Source: Nitrososphaera viennensis EN76
GTDB lineage: Archaea > Thermoproteota > Nitrososphaeria > Nitrososphaerales > Nitrososphaeraceae
Length of the DNA stretch: 32,000 nt
Assembly (NCBI RefSeq): GCF_000698785.1
Contig: NZ_CP007536.1
Coordinates: forward strand, 2,280,001 to 2,312,000
Reading direction: 5' to 3'
Shown here piece after piece: positions 15,987 through 24,295 of this stretch. The notes below the pieces were generated by a model, which saw only the letters and a list, made by a program, of their open reading frames with translations, was not told the origin of the DNA and made no database searches. Within the stretch, counting starts at the first letter, position 1; each line of letters starts with the position of its first letter. The position numbers and the translations under genes were made by a program.

Positions 15987-16235
15987 ATGACTTGCAAGGG
16001 TATATGCATCCGTCACAAGGCTCAAAAGCCAGTCGGCTCGGGCAGGTACGCCAGCGGGCAGAAGAGGTGCCAGATCTGCGAGATATTCATCAAGTGGGAC
16101 GGCCTCTGGTGCCCGTGCTGCGGGTACAGGCTCCGCACAAAGCCAAGGAACCTGAAGTACAAGGCAAAGCTGCGCGCCAAGGCCGCCAAGATGGTCGAGG
16201 AAGCGCCGCCGGTCCTGACAGTCAGAAGAAAGTAG
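15987..16235 (+). CDS. Zinc-ribbon protein with a basic C-terminal tail (82 aa)
   Basis: Cys pattern C-x3-C ... C-x2-C ... C-x-C-C (MTCKGICIRH..KRCQICEIFIKWDGLWCPCCGYRLR) followed by a Lys/Arg-rich tail. An AATATAGAAATAG TATA-like element lies upstream. Confidence 0.6.
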   Translation: MTCKGICIRHKAQKPVGSGRYASGQKRCQICEIFIKWDGLWCPCCGYRLRTKPRNLKYKAKLRAKAAKMVEEAPPVLTVRRK

Positions 16236-17133
16236 CAGTAGTAGTAGCATCCGTCTTTAGGCCCCTTTTTGCGGCCAAAGACAGGCTCTTCTGCAGCTTC
16301 TCCAGCTGCTGCTCATCGCCAGATAAGTCCATCGCAAGCTGGACAAGCTTGGAATAGCGCCTGAAAAACGCGTCGTTTCTTGAAGCCAGGTTTTCCGCCG
16401 CGACCCTGCCGGCGTAATAGTAGCAGTCAGCAAGCATGCTCTTTTCGAGCAGGTGCTCTATCTTGGCGCGTACAAGCTCCCTGTCATAGTCCTTTGATTT
16501 CAGCTCCAGCATTGCTTCTGTCGACCTTGCTATTGCCGGCCTGGTGGCGCGCTCTATCCCGATGCATTCAAGCGCAACCTGGACGCCGTCTGCCGCGTCG
16601 GCAGGCAGATCCGCCTGCCTTGCCTGGGCAAGCTCGTGCAGGGGCATCGGACGCGCGCCGAAAACCGCAAGGGTGCCGGCGACAAGGTGGTACGAGGCCA
16701 TCTTGAGCCACATGGCGCCTGTCGCCGGCTGTTGTTTCTCCCTGGAAAGCTTGAACCTTTGCTGGCAGAAAAGCGAGCTTACAAGCGCCTTTCTGCCGGA
16801 CGCAAAAAGGGCCCTTTTGAACTTCTCCTCTGTTATGCCATTGAGAGCCGATGAAACGTAAAACTCTTTGGAATCTCTTATTATTGACATGCCCTTCAAG
16901 GCGACGAGGTGATCCCTGGGCCGGCTGATGTGCACCAGCTCTACAACGTGGCCGTCGACCTTTTCCAGCCTGTTCTCGCCCTGCCCAAACACGGCAATGT
17001 CGTACTCGCAGCAAGTGTGGGACATTTCGCCGGTGGCCCTGCAACCCACCAGGCCTGTCGGATGGGGCAGCTCTGCGGCATAATCCCTGACTGCCTTGGG
17101 CACCAACACCATGCCAAGGGCCGGTACACGCAT
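16222..17133 (-). CDS. Hypothetical protein (303 aa), possibly a degenerate nucleotidyltransferase fold plus a helical domain
   Basis: The N-terminal segment LVGCRATGEMSHTCCEYDIAVF loosely resembles the hG[GS]-x(9-13)-DhDh motif of Pol-beta-type NTases, but with the G/S and the second Asp replaced. The C-terminal half is predicted helical. The functional call is weak. Confidence 0.55.
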   Translation of the reverse strand: MRVPALGMVLVPKAVRDYAAELPHPTGLVGCRATGEMSHTCCEYDIAVFGQGENRLEKVDGHVVELVHISRPRDHLVALKGMSIIRDSKEFYVSSALNGITEEKFKRALFASGRKALVSSLFCQQRFKLSREKQQPATGAMWLKMASYHLVAGTLAVFGARPMPLHELAQARQADLPADAADGVQVALECIGIERATRPAIARSTEAMLELKSKDYDRELVRAKIEHLLEKSMLADCYYYAGRVAAENLASRNDAFFRRYSKLVQLAMDLSGDEQQLEKLQKSLSLAAKRGLKTDATTTATFF

Positions 17134-17175
17134 TAAAGCTTATACGGGCGACAGGGTGAAAATTGCCTGCGCAAT

Positions 17176-18549
17176 ATGAAAAAAAAGACTAGCAACAGCG
17201 CGGTTTCGGGTCTTGCAGGCAAGATAAAATCCGGCAAGGTGAAAATTGCCGTCTACGGCCTTGGCCATGTCGGCTCGCCTATAGCATCCGTGTGGCTCCG
17301 GTTTGGCGCCCACGTCATAGGAGTAGACAAGTCGCCTTCAGTTCTTGAAAGCGCCAGAAAGGGCAGGACGCACGTGCCAGAGCCTGGCGTGAACGAGGCG
17401 TTTTCAAAGGGGCTCAAGCAAAAGCGCTTCTCTGTTTATGATGATCCGGTCAGGGCGTCGCAGGACTCACAGGTGAAGATGATCTGCGTGCCGGTGCTGA
17501 CAGTCGGCCAGTCGCTTTCTGCCGACCTTGGCGCAGTCAAGCAGGTCGCCTCGTCGGTGGGAAAGGGGCTCAAAAAGGGCGACCTTGTGGTCCTGAACCC
17601 GAGCGTTCCTCCCGGCACTTCCGAAGACGTCGTCGTCCCGATACTGGAAAAGGAAAGCGGCGGGCTCCAGGCAGAGCGCGACTTTTTCATGGTCTACAGC
17701 CCCGAGCGCATCTACGAGGGAAGGGCGATTGAGGACATTGAGGAGCGCTACCCTGCAATAGTGTCTGGCGCCGGCCCAAAAAGCGTCGAGGCAGGCTCAA
17801 AGCTGTTCTCGCTCGTGTTCAGGCGCGGCGTGATAACGATGACAAACATGCGCACAGCCGAGGCAGAGAAACTGCTTGAAGGCGTGTACAGGGACGTCAA
17901 CATCGCCCTTGCAAACGAGATGGCGCGCTTTTGCGAAAAGGTGGGAGTCGACTTTTGGGAGGCAAGGGAAGGGGCAAACTCGCAGCCGTTCTGCCACATC
18001 CACAAGCCCGGAGTCGGAGTCGGCGGGGCCTGCATACCCGTCTACCCACAGTTCATACTGCACACGGCCGACATGGCAAAAGCCGAGTGCAACATCACCA
18101 GGCTTGGCAGGAACGTCAACGACTCGATGCCGGCGTACTGCGTGTCGCAGGCGCTAAGCCTCCTTGACGGGGTTACTGCGCCGGCGCAGTGCAAGGTGGC
18201 GGTCCTCGGCCTTGCGTTCCGCGGAGGCGTGTCCGACACCCGGCTTTCGCCGACCTACAGCGTCATCGACGAGCTGAAAAAGGCCGGCGTCGCGGAAATC
18301 CGCGTCCACGACCCGATGGTGAAAAGCGACCCGGCGCTTGCGGCAGACATCAAACTAACGCAGGACCTGCGGGCCGCGCTAAATGGCGCAGACCTCGTGG
18401 TGCTTGCCACCGACCACAAAGAGTACCAAAAGCTGTCAAAGCGTGACACGGGCGACGCAGCGGTGTACGACGGCCGGGGCATGCTTGACGGGACGAAATT
18501 TGCCGGCAGGTTTGCGTCGATAGGCCGAAAGAAGGAGAGCATCCCGTAG
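17176..18549 (+). CDS. Nucleotide-sugar (UDP-glucose/UDP-ManNAc family) dehydrogenase
   Basis: 457 aa. N-terminal Rossmann motif KIAVYGLGHVGSPIA and a catalytic-Cys region GVGVGGACIPVYP. The length and layout are typical of the family. Confidence 0.88.
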   Translation: MKKKTSNSAVSGLAGKIKSGKVKIAVYGLGHVGSPIASVWLRFGAHVIGVDKSPSVLESARKGRTHVPEPGVNEAFSKGLKQKRFSVYDDPVRASQDSQVKMICVPVLTVGQSLSADLGAVKQVASSVGKGLKKGDLVVLNPSVPPGTSEDVVVPILEKESGGLQAERDFFMVYSPERIYEGRAIEDIEERYPAIVSGAGPKSVEAGSKLFSLVFRRGVITMTNMRTAEAEKLLEGVYRDVNIALANEMARFCEKVGVDFWEAREGANSQPFCHIHKPGVGVGGACIPVYPQFILHTADMAKAECNITRLGRNVNDSMPAYCVSQALSLLDGVTAPAQCKVAVLGLAFRGGVSDTRLSPTYSVIDELKKAGVAEIRVHDPMVKSDPALAADIKLTQDLRAALNGADLVVLATDHKEYQKLSKRDTGDAAVYDGRGMLDGTKFAGRFASIGRKKESIP

Positions 18550-18577
18550 GCAAGCGCAAAAATATTTTGATACTCTT

Positions 18578-18853
18578 GTGTCCGTGAGAACTGGCGTGCA
18601 CAAGCTGGCGCTCGCCGGCCTAGCGGCCCTTGGAGTTGGGTTTGTTCTGGAGGTGCTCGCGTCATTCAGCTTTTCCGTCGTATGCAACTGCCCTGCGATG
18701 AGAGCCGGCGATGACGTGTCAGTGATGTGCCCCTGCATCGCCGAGCCGCGTCTTGCCGCAGCCGTGCTGTCGGCAGCCGGCTTTTCTGCGATCATTGCCG
18801 GGGCGGTCCTGCTTGCAATAGGGCTGAAAAAACGCAAGAAAAACCCTAGTTAG
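18578..18853 (+). CDS. Small two-TM membrane protein with a Cys-rich loop
   Basis: Two hydrophobic helices flank CNCP...MCPC, followed by a KKRKKNPS tail. Only GTG starts are available (18578, 18584, 18596). The AATATTTT box at 18561-18568 favours 18596. Confidence 0.4.
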   Translation: MSVRTGVHKLALAGLAALGVGFVLEVLASFSFSVVCNCPAMRAGDDVSVMCPCIAEPRLAAAVLSAAGFSAIIAGAVLLAIGLKKRKKNPS

Positions 18854-18888
18854 GTTTAATACCGCCCAAGAGGCGTTTTTCTTCCTGC

Positions 18889-19944
18889 TTGGCCAAGAGC
18901 AAGAAGAAGAACCTCGATCTTTTGCTTACCGTAGAATGGAAAGACAACGCAGTTGTCATGATTGACCAGACAAAGCTTCCAAACAAGCTGGTGTACGTCA
19001 AGTGCACCGACTACCACCAGGTTGCAGACGCGATAAAAAAGCTGGTGGTCAGGGGCGCGCCTGCAATAGGCGTGAGCGCGGCGCTGGGGCTTGCGCTTGC
19101 CGCGCAGAACAGTAACGCCAATACGCTTCCAGAGCTCATGACCGACCTTGACACCGCGTTCAAGGAGCTGAGGGCGACGCGCCCGACCGCGGTCAACCTG
19201 TTCTGGGCGCTAGAGCGCGTGATGGGAAAAGCCAAGCGCGCCAAGACGCTTGAAGATGCAAAAAAGACCGTGCTTTCCGAGGCGCAAAAAATGTGGGAAG
19301 AAGATGTCAAGGCCAACAAGGAGATGGGCGCAAACGGGGCAAGGCTGTTCCGGGACGGAGACGTGGTGCTGACGCACTGCAACGCCGGCTCGCTTGCGAC
19401 AGTCGCATACGGCACCGCGCTTGGCGTGATAAGGGCGGCAAGAGAATCGGGCAAGCGGCTGAGCGTGATAGCGACCGAGACGAGGCCGGTGATGCAGGGT
19501 GCAAGGCTCACCGCGTTTGAACTGCAGCATGACGGGGTCGACGTCAGCCTGATACCTGACACGGCCGTGGGCCACATGATGGCAAGGGGCGCAATAAAGC
19601 GCGTCATTGTCGGCGCAGACAGGGTGCTTCGTACAGGCCACGTCTTTAACAAGATTGGGACCTATCAGGTGGCGATACTTGCAGGCAGGCACAAGGTGCC
19701 GTTCTACGTCGCGGCCCCGTTGTCGACGTTTGACTTTGAGAGCGATCCAAAAGACGTCGTGATAGAGGAGCGCTCTGTCGACGAGGTGGTAAAGGTGGGC
19801 AAAAAGAGGGTCGCGCCAAAGGGCGTCAGGATATTTAATCCCGCGTTTGACATGACGCCTCCAGAGCTGATAACAGGCATCATCACCGAAAGGGGCGTGC
19901 TAAAGCCGCCCTTTGAAAAGAACCTGAAGGCGCTTTTGGGCTAG
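18889..19944 (+). CDS. mtnA: S-methyl-5-thioribose-1-phosphate isomerase (eIF-2B alpha/beta/delta family)
   Basis: 351 aa. WKDNAVVMIDQTKLPNKLVYV...VVRGAPAIGVSAALG and ...THCNAGSLATVAYGTALGVIRAA are typical of MtnA and aIF-2B-like isomerases. TTG start. Confidence 0.85.
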   Translation: MAKSKKKNLDLLLTVEWKDNAVVMIDQTKLPNKLVYVKCTDYHQVADAIKKLVVRGAPAIGVSAALGLALAAQNSNANTLPELMTDLDTAFKELRATRPTAVNLFWALERVMGKAKRAKTLEDAKKTVLSEAQKMWEEDVKANKEMGANGARLFRDGDVVLTHCNAGSLATVAYGTALGVIRAARESGKRLSVIATETRPVMQGARLTAFELQHDGVDVSLIPDTAVGHMMARGAIKRVIVGADRVLRTGHVFNKIGTYQVAILAGRHKVPFYVAAPLSTFDFESDPKDVVIEERSVDEVVKVGKKRVAPKGVRIFNPAFDMTPPELITGIITERGVLKPPFEKNLKALLG

Positions 19945-19986
19945 CGCGACAAGTATTTATCGTGTGGCAGACAAGTACCCCTGCCA

Positions 19987-20589
19987 ATGTCGGCTGCAAA
20001 ACAGGTCACCGAGGACCAGATTTACGGCGCGCTAAAGAAATGCATGGACCCAGAGATCCCAGTAAACGTGGTGGACCTTGGGCTCATTTATGGAGTCAAT
20101 ATAGCTGACGGCAAAAACGTCGACATCAAGATGACCATGACCACGCGCGGCTGCCCGCTGCATGACACGCTCGTAAGCGACGTCAAGCGCTACGTGGGCA
20201 AGGTGCCCGGGATAGGGAGCATCAACGTCGAGATAGTCTGGGACCCGCCATGGAGCCTGGACAAGATGAACCCGCAGGTGCGCGAGCAGCTCGGGTTTGG
20301 AAAGCCGAAACTGCGCTTCCAGATAGACTATGAAAAGGCCAGGCCCTTGAAGGCGGGCAGGTACGCCAAGCAGGAGGACGGCTCGATGATACTTGCAAAC
20401 GACAAGGACCAGGGATTCATGGTAAACGAGGCGATAATCGAGTTCTGGAACACGTGCGACGGCACAAAAACGATAAACCAGCTGACCGACCAGTTCTCTG
20501 CCAAGCTGGGCATGCCCAGGCAGCAGGTGGAGCAGGAAGTCGTGCAACTGGTGCAGCAGCTGCTTGAAGCAGAGCTTTTGAAGGCGTGA
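19987..20589 (+). CDS. Fusion protein: N-terminal DUF59/MIP18 (SufT-like Fe-S assembly) domain plus C-terminal PqqD-like domain
   Basis: The N-terminal half DPEIPVNVVDLGLIYGV...MTMTTRGCPLHD...VEIVWDPPW matches DUF59. The C-terminal MVNEAIIEFWNTCDGTKTINQLTDQFSAKLGMPRQQVEQEVVQLVQQLLEAELL has the PqqD/RRE pattern (ln..a..iW.l.DG..t..ei...l). Confidence 0.75.
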   Translation: MSAAKQVTEDQIYGALKKCMDPEIPVNVVDLGLIYGVNIADGKNVDIKMTMTTRGCPLHDTLVSDVKRYVGKVPGIGSINVEIVWDPPWSLDKMNPQVREQLGFGKPKLRFQIDYEKARPLKAGRYAKQEDGSMILANDKDQGFMVNEAIIEFWNTCDGTKTINQLTDQFSAKLGMPRQQVEQEVVQLVQQLLEAELLKA

Positions 20590-20590
20590 A

Positions 20591-21163
20591 ATGTCCGAGG
20601 AGCCGTCTCTAGTCCCGCCACACACAAGGACCATAGTGGAACTTGGGTCAGGTGACTGCAGGCTCCTTGAGGCGCTTGCAGAAAAAGACCCGGAGACGGT
20701 GTACATCGGGATAGAGCTTGACGGCGAGCAGTGCAGGCAGGCAAAATCGCGCATTAATCTGCAGAACGTGTTTGTAATGCAGGGCTCTTTTGAGGACATT
20801 GTCCCGCGCCTGCCTGACGACTCTGTCGACGGCTTTATCGCAGTCCTGCCTGACCCTGCGTTCATTGACGAAAAAAGGGAGGACAAGTGGAAACCGCTCT
20901 ACAGGGCCGTGTATGCAAAATTAAAGAGGCCCGGCGCGTTCCGGCTCGTGACGGAAATCACGGACGAGCTTTTGCAGCCCGTGTCAAACGAGGCGTTTGA
21001 CAGGTGGTCGATATGGCTTGTCTCGGCGTTCCACTCGGTCGGGTTCAAGGTGGCAGGCATGACGGAGGGTTCGCCGGTGGAATACTCGTCAAGGTGCATT
21101 GACCAGTTCAGGGGCGACCCTGAGCGGATTCGCATGGCGACGCTTGACTTTGTCAAGGAATAG
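20591..21163 (+). CDS. Class I SAM-dependent methyltransferase (TrmB-like layout)
   Basis: Motif I is VELGSGDCRLLEAL, and a later IAVLPDPAF segment is reminiscent of the FPDPW motif of TrmB. The ATG lies 1 nt after the upstream stop (TGAAATG), so the genes are tightly coupled. Confidence 0.65.
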   Translation: MSEEPSLVPPHTRTIVELGSGDCRLLEALAEKDPETVYIGIELDGEQCRQAKSRINLQNVFVMQGSFEDIVPRLPDDSVDGFIAVLPDPAFIDEKREDKWKPLYRAVYAKLKRPGAFRLVTEITDELLQPVSNEAFDRWSIWLVSAFHSVGFKVAGMTEGSPVEYSSRCIDQFRGDPERIRMATLDFVKE

Positions 21164-21469
21164 CTAGTACTCGCCGTCTCCCATGATCTCCAAAAAGCCC
21201 TTCATCTTCCAGTACGTGTCGAGAAATTCCGATCCCCTCGGGGTTATGCTGTACCTTGTGCCCTCGTCGTCGGCCATTTTTCTGGCAAGGCCAAAAGAAC
21301 ACAGGTCACTGGCCATGACGTTGAGCCTGTCAAGCGGGACCCCGACGCCGTAGGATATCCTCGTTATCCTGTCGGTGCCAAGCCTGATGACTTCAAGTAT
21401 TGTTGCATAGATTTCAAGCTTGTTTCTTTTGCTCTTTCTTCTTCCTGCCGTCATCTTTTGCACACACAC
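21164..21469 (-). CDS. Small winged-helix transcriptional regulator (archaeal HTH_45-like)
   Basis: KLEIYATILEVIRLGTDRITRISYGVGVPLDRLNVMASDLCSFGLARKM...YSITPRGSEFLDTY is the typical archaeal small wHTH layout. The start may instead be the internal ATG (MTAGRR). Confidence 0.7.
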   Translation of the reverse strand: MCVQKMTAGRRKSKRNKLEIYATILEVIRLGTDRITRISYGVGVPLDRLNVMASDLCSFGLARKMADDEGTRYSITPRGSEFLDTYWKMKGFLEIMGDGEY

Positions 21470-21480
21470 AATCCTCCAGC

Positions 21481-22656
21481 TTACAGTGGGAACGCGGCAA
21501 GGCTGGCAGTCTTTTCAGGGGGATTCCTGCATACGGCATTCCTGCCGGTTTCAAGCCGGCGCGTGTAGGTGGCCTGGCCTACCGTCCCGTCGTCATGGAT
21601 CTCTATTTCATCTGCAACTATCTTTTCTGCTTCGGCGCCTTTTCCGACAACAACCTTGGACCCATAGACGTCCTGCACCTTGCACCTCTTGCCAAGTTCT
21701 ACCGTGCCTCCCACCAGCGGGCCCTTGCACTCTGCATGGGGCGAGATCTTTATCTCGCCGCCTGCCTTCAACCCTGCACTCGTTTCCACCTGGCCTCCGA
21801 TCCAGGCCCGGCCTGCAAGCATCGCCTTGCTTCCGCTGAACCGGCCTCCAACTCTCATATCGGTGCCGGTTAAAGCGTCCCGAACCTGGAGGTCTCCGCC
21901 AACCCCGAGTTTGCCTGTCAGCACAAGGGATCCAAAGACCTTGGTCTCGCCACCGACTTCTAATATCTCCCCCGAGCAGTTTCCGCCAATCTCGACAATC
22001 CCTCCCACCTTGATCTCCTCGCAGGTCAGGTCGCCGGTGGTGGCTAGCCGCCCTCCCACCTTTATGCTCCTGCCCATGCCCGTGCCAAGCTCCACCTTTC
22101 CTCCAACCGATATGCTGTCAAACTCCAGCTCCGACTTGCTCTGAAAGGTCCCGCCGACCTTGATCTGGCCCTGCACTGCTCCGCTGCCAATCTCGGCTTG
22201 CCCACCCACGTTCAGGTCAACAAGCCGGGCCCTTTGCGAGACCATTTTTCTACCGACCTTTACGGATTCTGCGTCCAAGGTGTCTGACACTTCAAGCGTA
22301 CCTCCCACTTTGATGATCCTGCACTTGACCGAGCCCGCCTTGACTGTGCCTCCAACCGCTATTATCCCGTCTGCGGCAACGATGCTTCCGTCGACGTAAA
22401 GCGCGTTTGCGATGTCGGCATCTCCGTGCACCTGCAGGTTTCCCGCGATCTTCAGCGTTCCCTTTTCCACTCTCAGGGATCTGCACTCCAGGTCGCAGTT
22501 TACCGTACAGTCGCCCCTGAAACGCGCGCTGCCTGCTACCGTGACTTTGCCGCCGTCAGCGGCCTCTATCGTGGCGTCTTTATCGGCACTCAGGTTTCCT
22601 TCGACCCTGCCAAGGGCTGCAGAACCTCCGCGCTCAACACGAACGTCTTCTTGCAT
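21481..22656 (-). CDS. Long bactofilin-like (polymer-forming, beta-helical) repeat protein
   Basis: There are 11 x-V-G-G motifs plus variants (VGR, IGG, AGG, VGK), spaced 16-18 residues apart. Examples are IKVGGTLEV, LNVGGQAEI, IKVGGTFQS, ISVGGKVEL, IKVGGRLAT, IKVGGIVEI, LEVGGETKV, LGVGGDLQV and MRVGGRFSG. The ATG at 22656 is preferred. The GTG at 22698 would overlap the MFS stop by 4 nt. Confidence 0.7.
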   Translation of the reverse strand: MQEDVRVERGGSAALGRVEGNLSADKDATIEAADGGKVTVAGSARFRGDCTVNCDLECRSLRVEKGTLKIAGNLQVHGDADIANALYVDGSIVAADGIIAVGGTVKAGSVKCRIIKVGGTLEVSDTLDAESVKVGRKMVSQRARLVDLNVGGQAEIGSGAVQGQIKVGGTFQSKSELEFDSISVGGKVELGTGMGRSIKVGGRLATTGDLTCEEIKVGGIVEIGGNCSGEILEVGGETKVFGSLVLTGKLGVGGDLQVRDALTGTDMRVGGRFSGSKAMLAGRAWIGGQVETSAGLKAGGEIKISPHAECKGPLVGGTVELGKRCKVQDVYGSKVVVGKGAEAEKIVADEIEIHDDGTVGQATYTRRLETGRNAVCRNPPEKTASLAAFPL

Positions 22657-22694
22657 GGCTCTCAATCTCCCGGATCTGATAAAAAGAAGCTGGC

Positions 22695-23936
22695 TCACAA
22701 GACGTGATCATTTCCATTCTCCTCCTCTTCCTTCTGCCTCGGCGCAATTCTGGCCTGCCTTGTAGTAGCAAACCAAATTCCTATCGCCACCGCCGGAACG
22801 ATCACGGCTGCTGCAACCATGAATGGCAGGCCGCTGACGCCCACCGCGATTCCTTGGCTGAACACCGCCGCGCCAAAGCTCGGGCCGATTATCTGCGATA
22901 TGCCTGCAACAGACTGGCCTATGCCAAGCGTGGCGCCCTGCTTGTCTGCAGCCGTCCTGAGTGAGATCAAGGTCGTTGCTGATGCCGCAGTCAGTCCCAT
23001 CCCGAGGGGCACAAACGTAGAGCTGACTATTAGCATCGTAAGGTCCTGCGCAAAGCCAAGCAACGCAAGGCCTGCCGCCAGCGACGCGGCGCCTGCCACA
23101 AAGAGCGCCTGCGGCGTATACCTCTTTGACAGCCTGGGCACTAGGACGCCCTGCACCGCAGACACCACCCCACCTATGTAGAGGAACAGCAAGCCGACCT
23201 GGAAGGGCCCATAGCCAAACACTTTTTGAAGCCAGGGAGTCGACGTGCCCTCCATGATGTAGAACCCGAGCATCGTTATGAAATACGCCGCAAGGAGCAG
23301 CTTCATCCCGGGGCTTTTTGCGACGTGCCTGAACGACTGCAGGAACGAGTCTTTTGTCCTTGCGCCTCTGGATTCTGGCATCCTGAAATAGCCAAGCGCA
23401 AAGTTGGAGAAGGCAAGCGCGGCTGCTAGAAACGCCGGGACCGCGTACCCAAACGCGCTGCTCAGCGTGCCTCCCATCGCGGGGCCGAGGATGAGGCCCA
23501 TGCCAAACGCCGCGCCCAAACTGCCCATCTGCGCCATCCTGTTCTGTGCAGTAGTAATGTCTGACGCGTACGCCATTGCCACGGGGACTGTTGCGCCCAT
23601 TGCGCCTGCCGCCACCCTTGCAAGGAGCAAGAGCGCGATGTTGTTGGCAAGGCCAAAGAGCAGAAACGACGCTCCCGAGCCTGCAAGGCAGACGAGCATT
23701 ATCTTTTTCCGGCCCCGCCTGTCGCTCAGGGCTCCCCATACTGGCGTAAAGGCGAACTGGGCGACGCTGTACGACGTCAGCAAGAGCCCGTAAACCACCG
23801 GCGAGGCGCCAAGGCTTGTCGCATAAAAGTAAAGGTATGGAAGAACCATCGCAAAGCCGAGGAAATCCAGGAATACCGTGACAAAGAGCACGGAAAACAC
23901 CGATGATGACTGGCTTGCCGATGTTGCTGTTCTCAT
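22695..23936 (-). CDS. MFS transporter (12-TMS, drug/tetracycline-efflux-like)
   Basis: 413 aa. It has the MFS motif A-like loop GALSDRRGRKKIM between TM2 and TM3 and is hydrophobic throughout. Confidence 0.9.
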   Translation of the reverse strand: MRTATSASQSSSVFSVLFVTVFLDFLGFAMVLPYLYFYATSLGASPVVYGLLLTSYSVAQFAFTPVWGALSDRRGRKKIMLVCLAGSGASFLLFGLANNIALLLLARVAAGAMGATVPVAMAYASDITTAQNRMAQMGSLGAAFGMGLILGPAMGGTLSSAFGYAVPAFLAAALAFSNFALGYFRMPESRGARTKDSFLQSFRHVAKSPGMKLLLAAYFITMLGFYIMEGTSTPWLQKVFGYGPFQVGLLFLYIGGVVSAVQGVLVPRLSKRYTPQALFVAGAASLAAGLALLGFAQDLTMLIVSSTFVPLGMGLTAASATTLISLRTAADKQGATLGIGQSVAGISQIIGPSFGAAVFSQGIAVGVSGLPFMVAAAVIVPAVAIGIWFATTRQARIAPRQKEEEENGNDHVL

Positions 23937-24252
23937 TGCCTCGTAGCCCTCCTATGGAGGCCTTCTCTGCCGTACCAGTACAGTGCAAATGCCTTCCATG
24001 ACGAGTCTATGGCCGCGTATAACACATCGAAGCTATAGTTTTGGCCGCCGGCACTGCTGCCGGTGCAAAATTTTTCGTTCATGGAAGAAAAAGAAACGGC
24101 AAATGCCTAAAAGACTGGCTCACTGTACGTGATCACATATTGTGAGTAATAAGAAAATTATTAGTCAGTTAATTCTTTCATGCCGTTTTTGCAGCCTGTT
24201 TGAAAGAACTAGTTGGTCTGAATGCCACTTTACACCGGATAAAGATTTTCTT

Positions 24253-24272
24253 GTATAACGATATGGTTATAT
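24253..24272. promoter_or_regulatory. 7-6-7 inverted repeat overlapping the TATA box of the FMN-reductase gene
   Basis: GTATAAC-gatatg-GTTATAT. The proximal half-site ends exactly 24 nt before the ATG at 24296. The overlapping sequence GGTTATATAACC (24265-24276) is a perfect 12-bp palindrome. Confidence 0.5.
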
Positions 24273-24295
24273 AACCTCTAGATTATATTAGATGC

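Noticed and set aside
19011-20886. Long antisense ORFs opposite mtnA (19011-19652, 19210-19692) and opposite the DUF59-PqqD and methyltransferase genes (20032-20886, 20328-20744).
   Set aside because: The sense-strand proteins have clear family motifs. The antisense products are low-complexity Ser/Ala/Pro/Arg-rich sequences.
22708-23988. A 426-aa ORF on the same strand as the MFS transporter but in another frame, plus the plus-strand ORFs 22819-23181 and 23404-23793.
   Set aside because: The 413-aa frame gives a coherent 12-TM MFS protein with motif A. The alternative frame is Arg/Gly/Pro-rich junk.
23989-24132. A 47-aa basic Cys-rich plus-strand ORF, with a CCGGCA-ctgc-TGCCGG hairpin plus a T-run inside it, in the MFS/FMN-reductase intergenic region.
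   Set aside because: No promoter-like element sits at the expected distance. The composition looks like random intergenic translation. The hairpin lies inside the ORF rather than after it.
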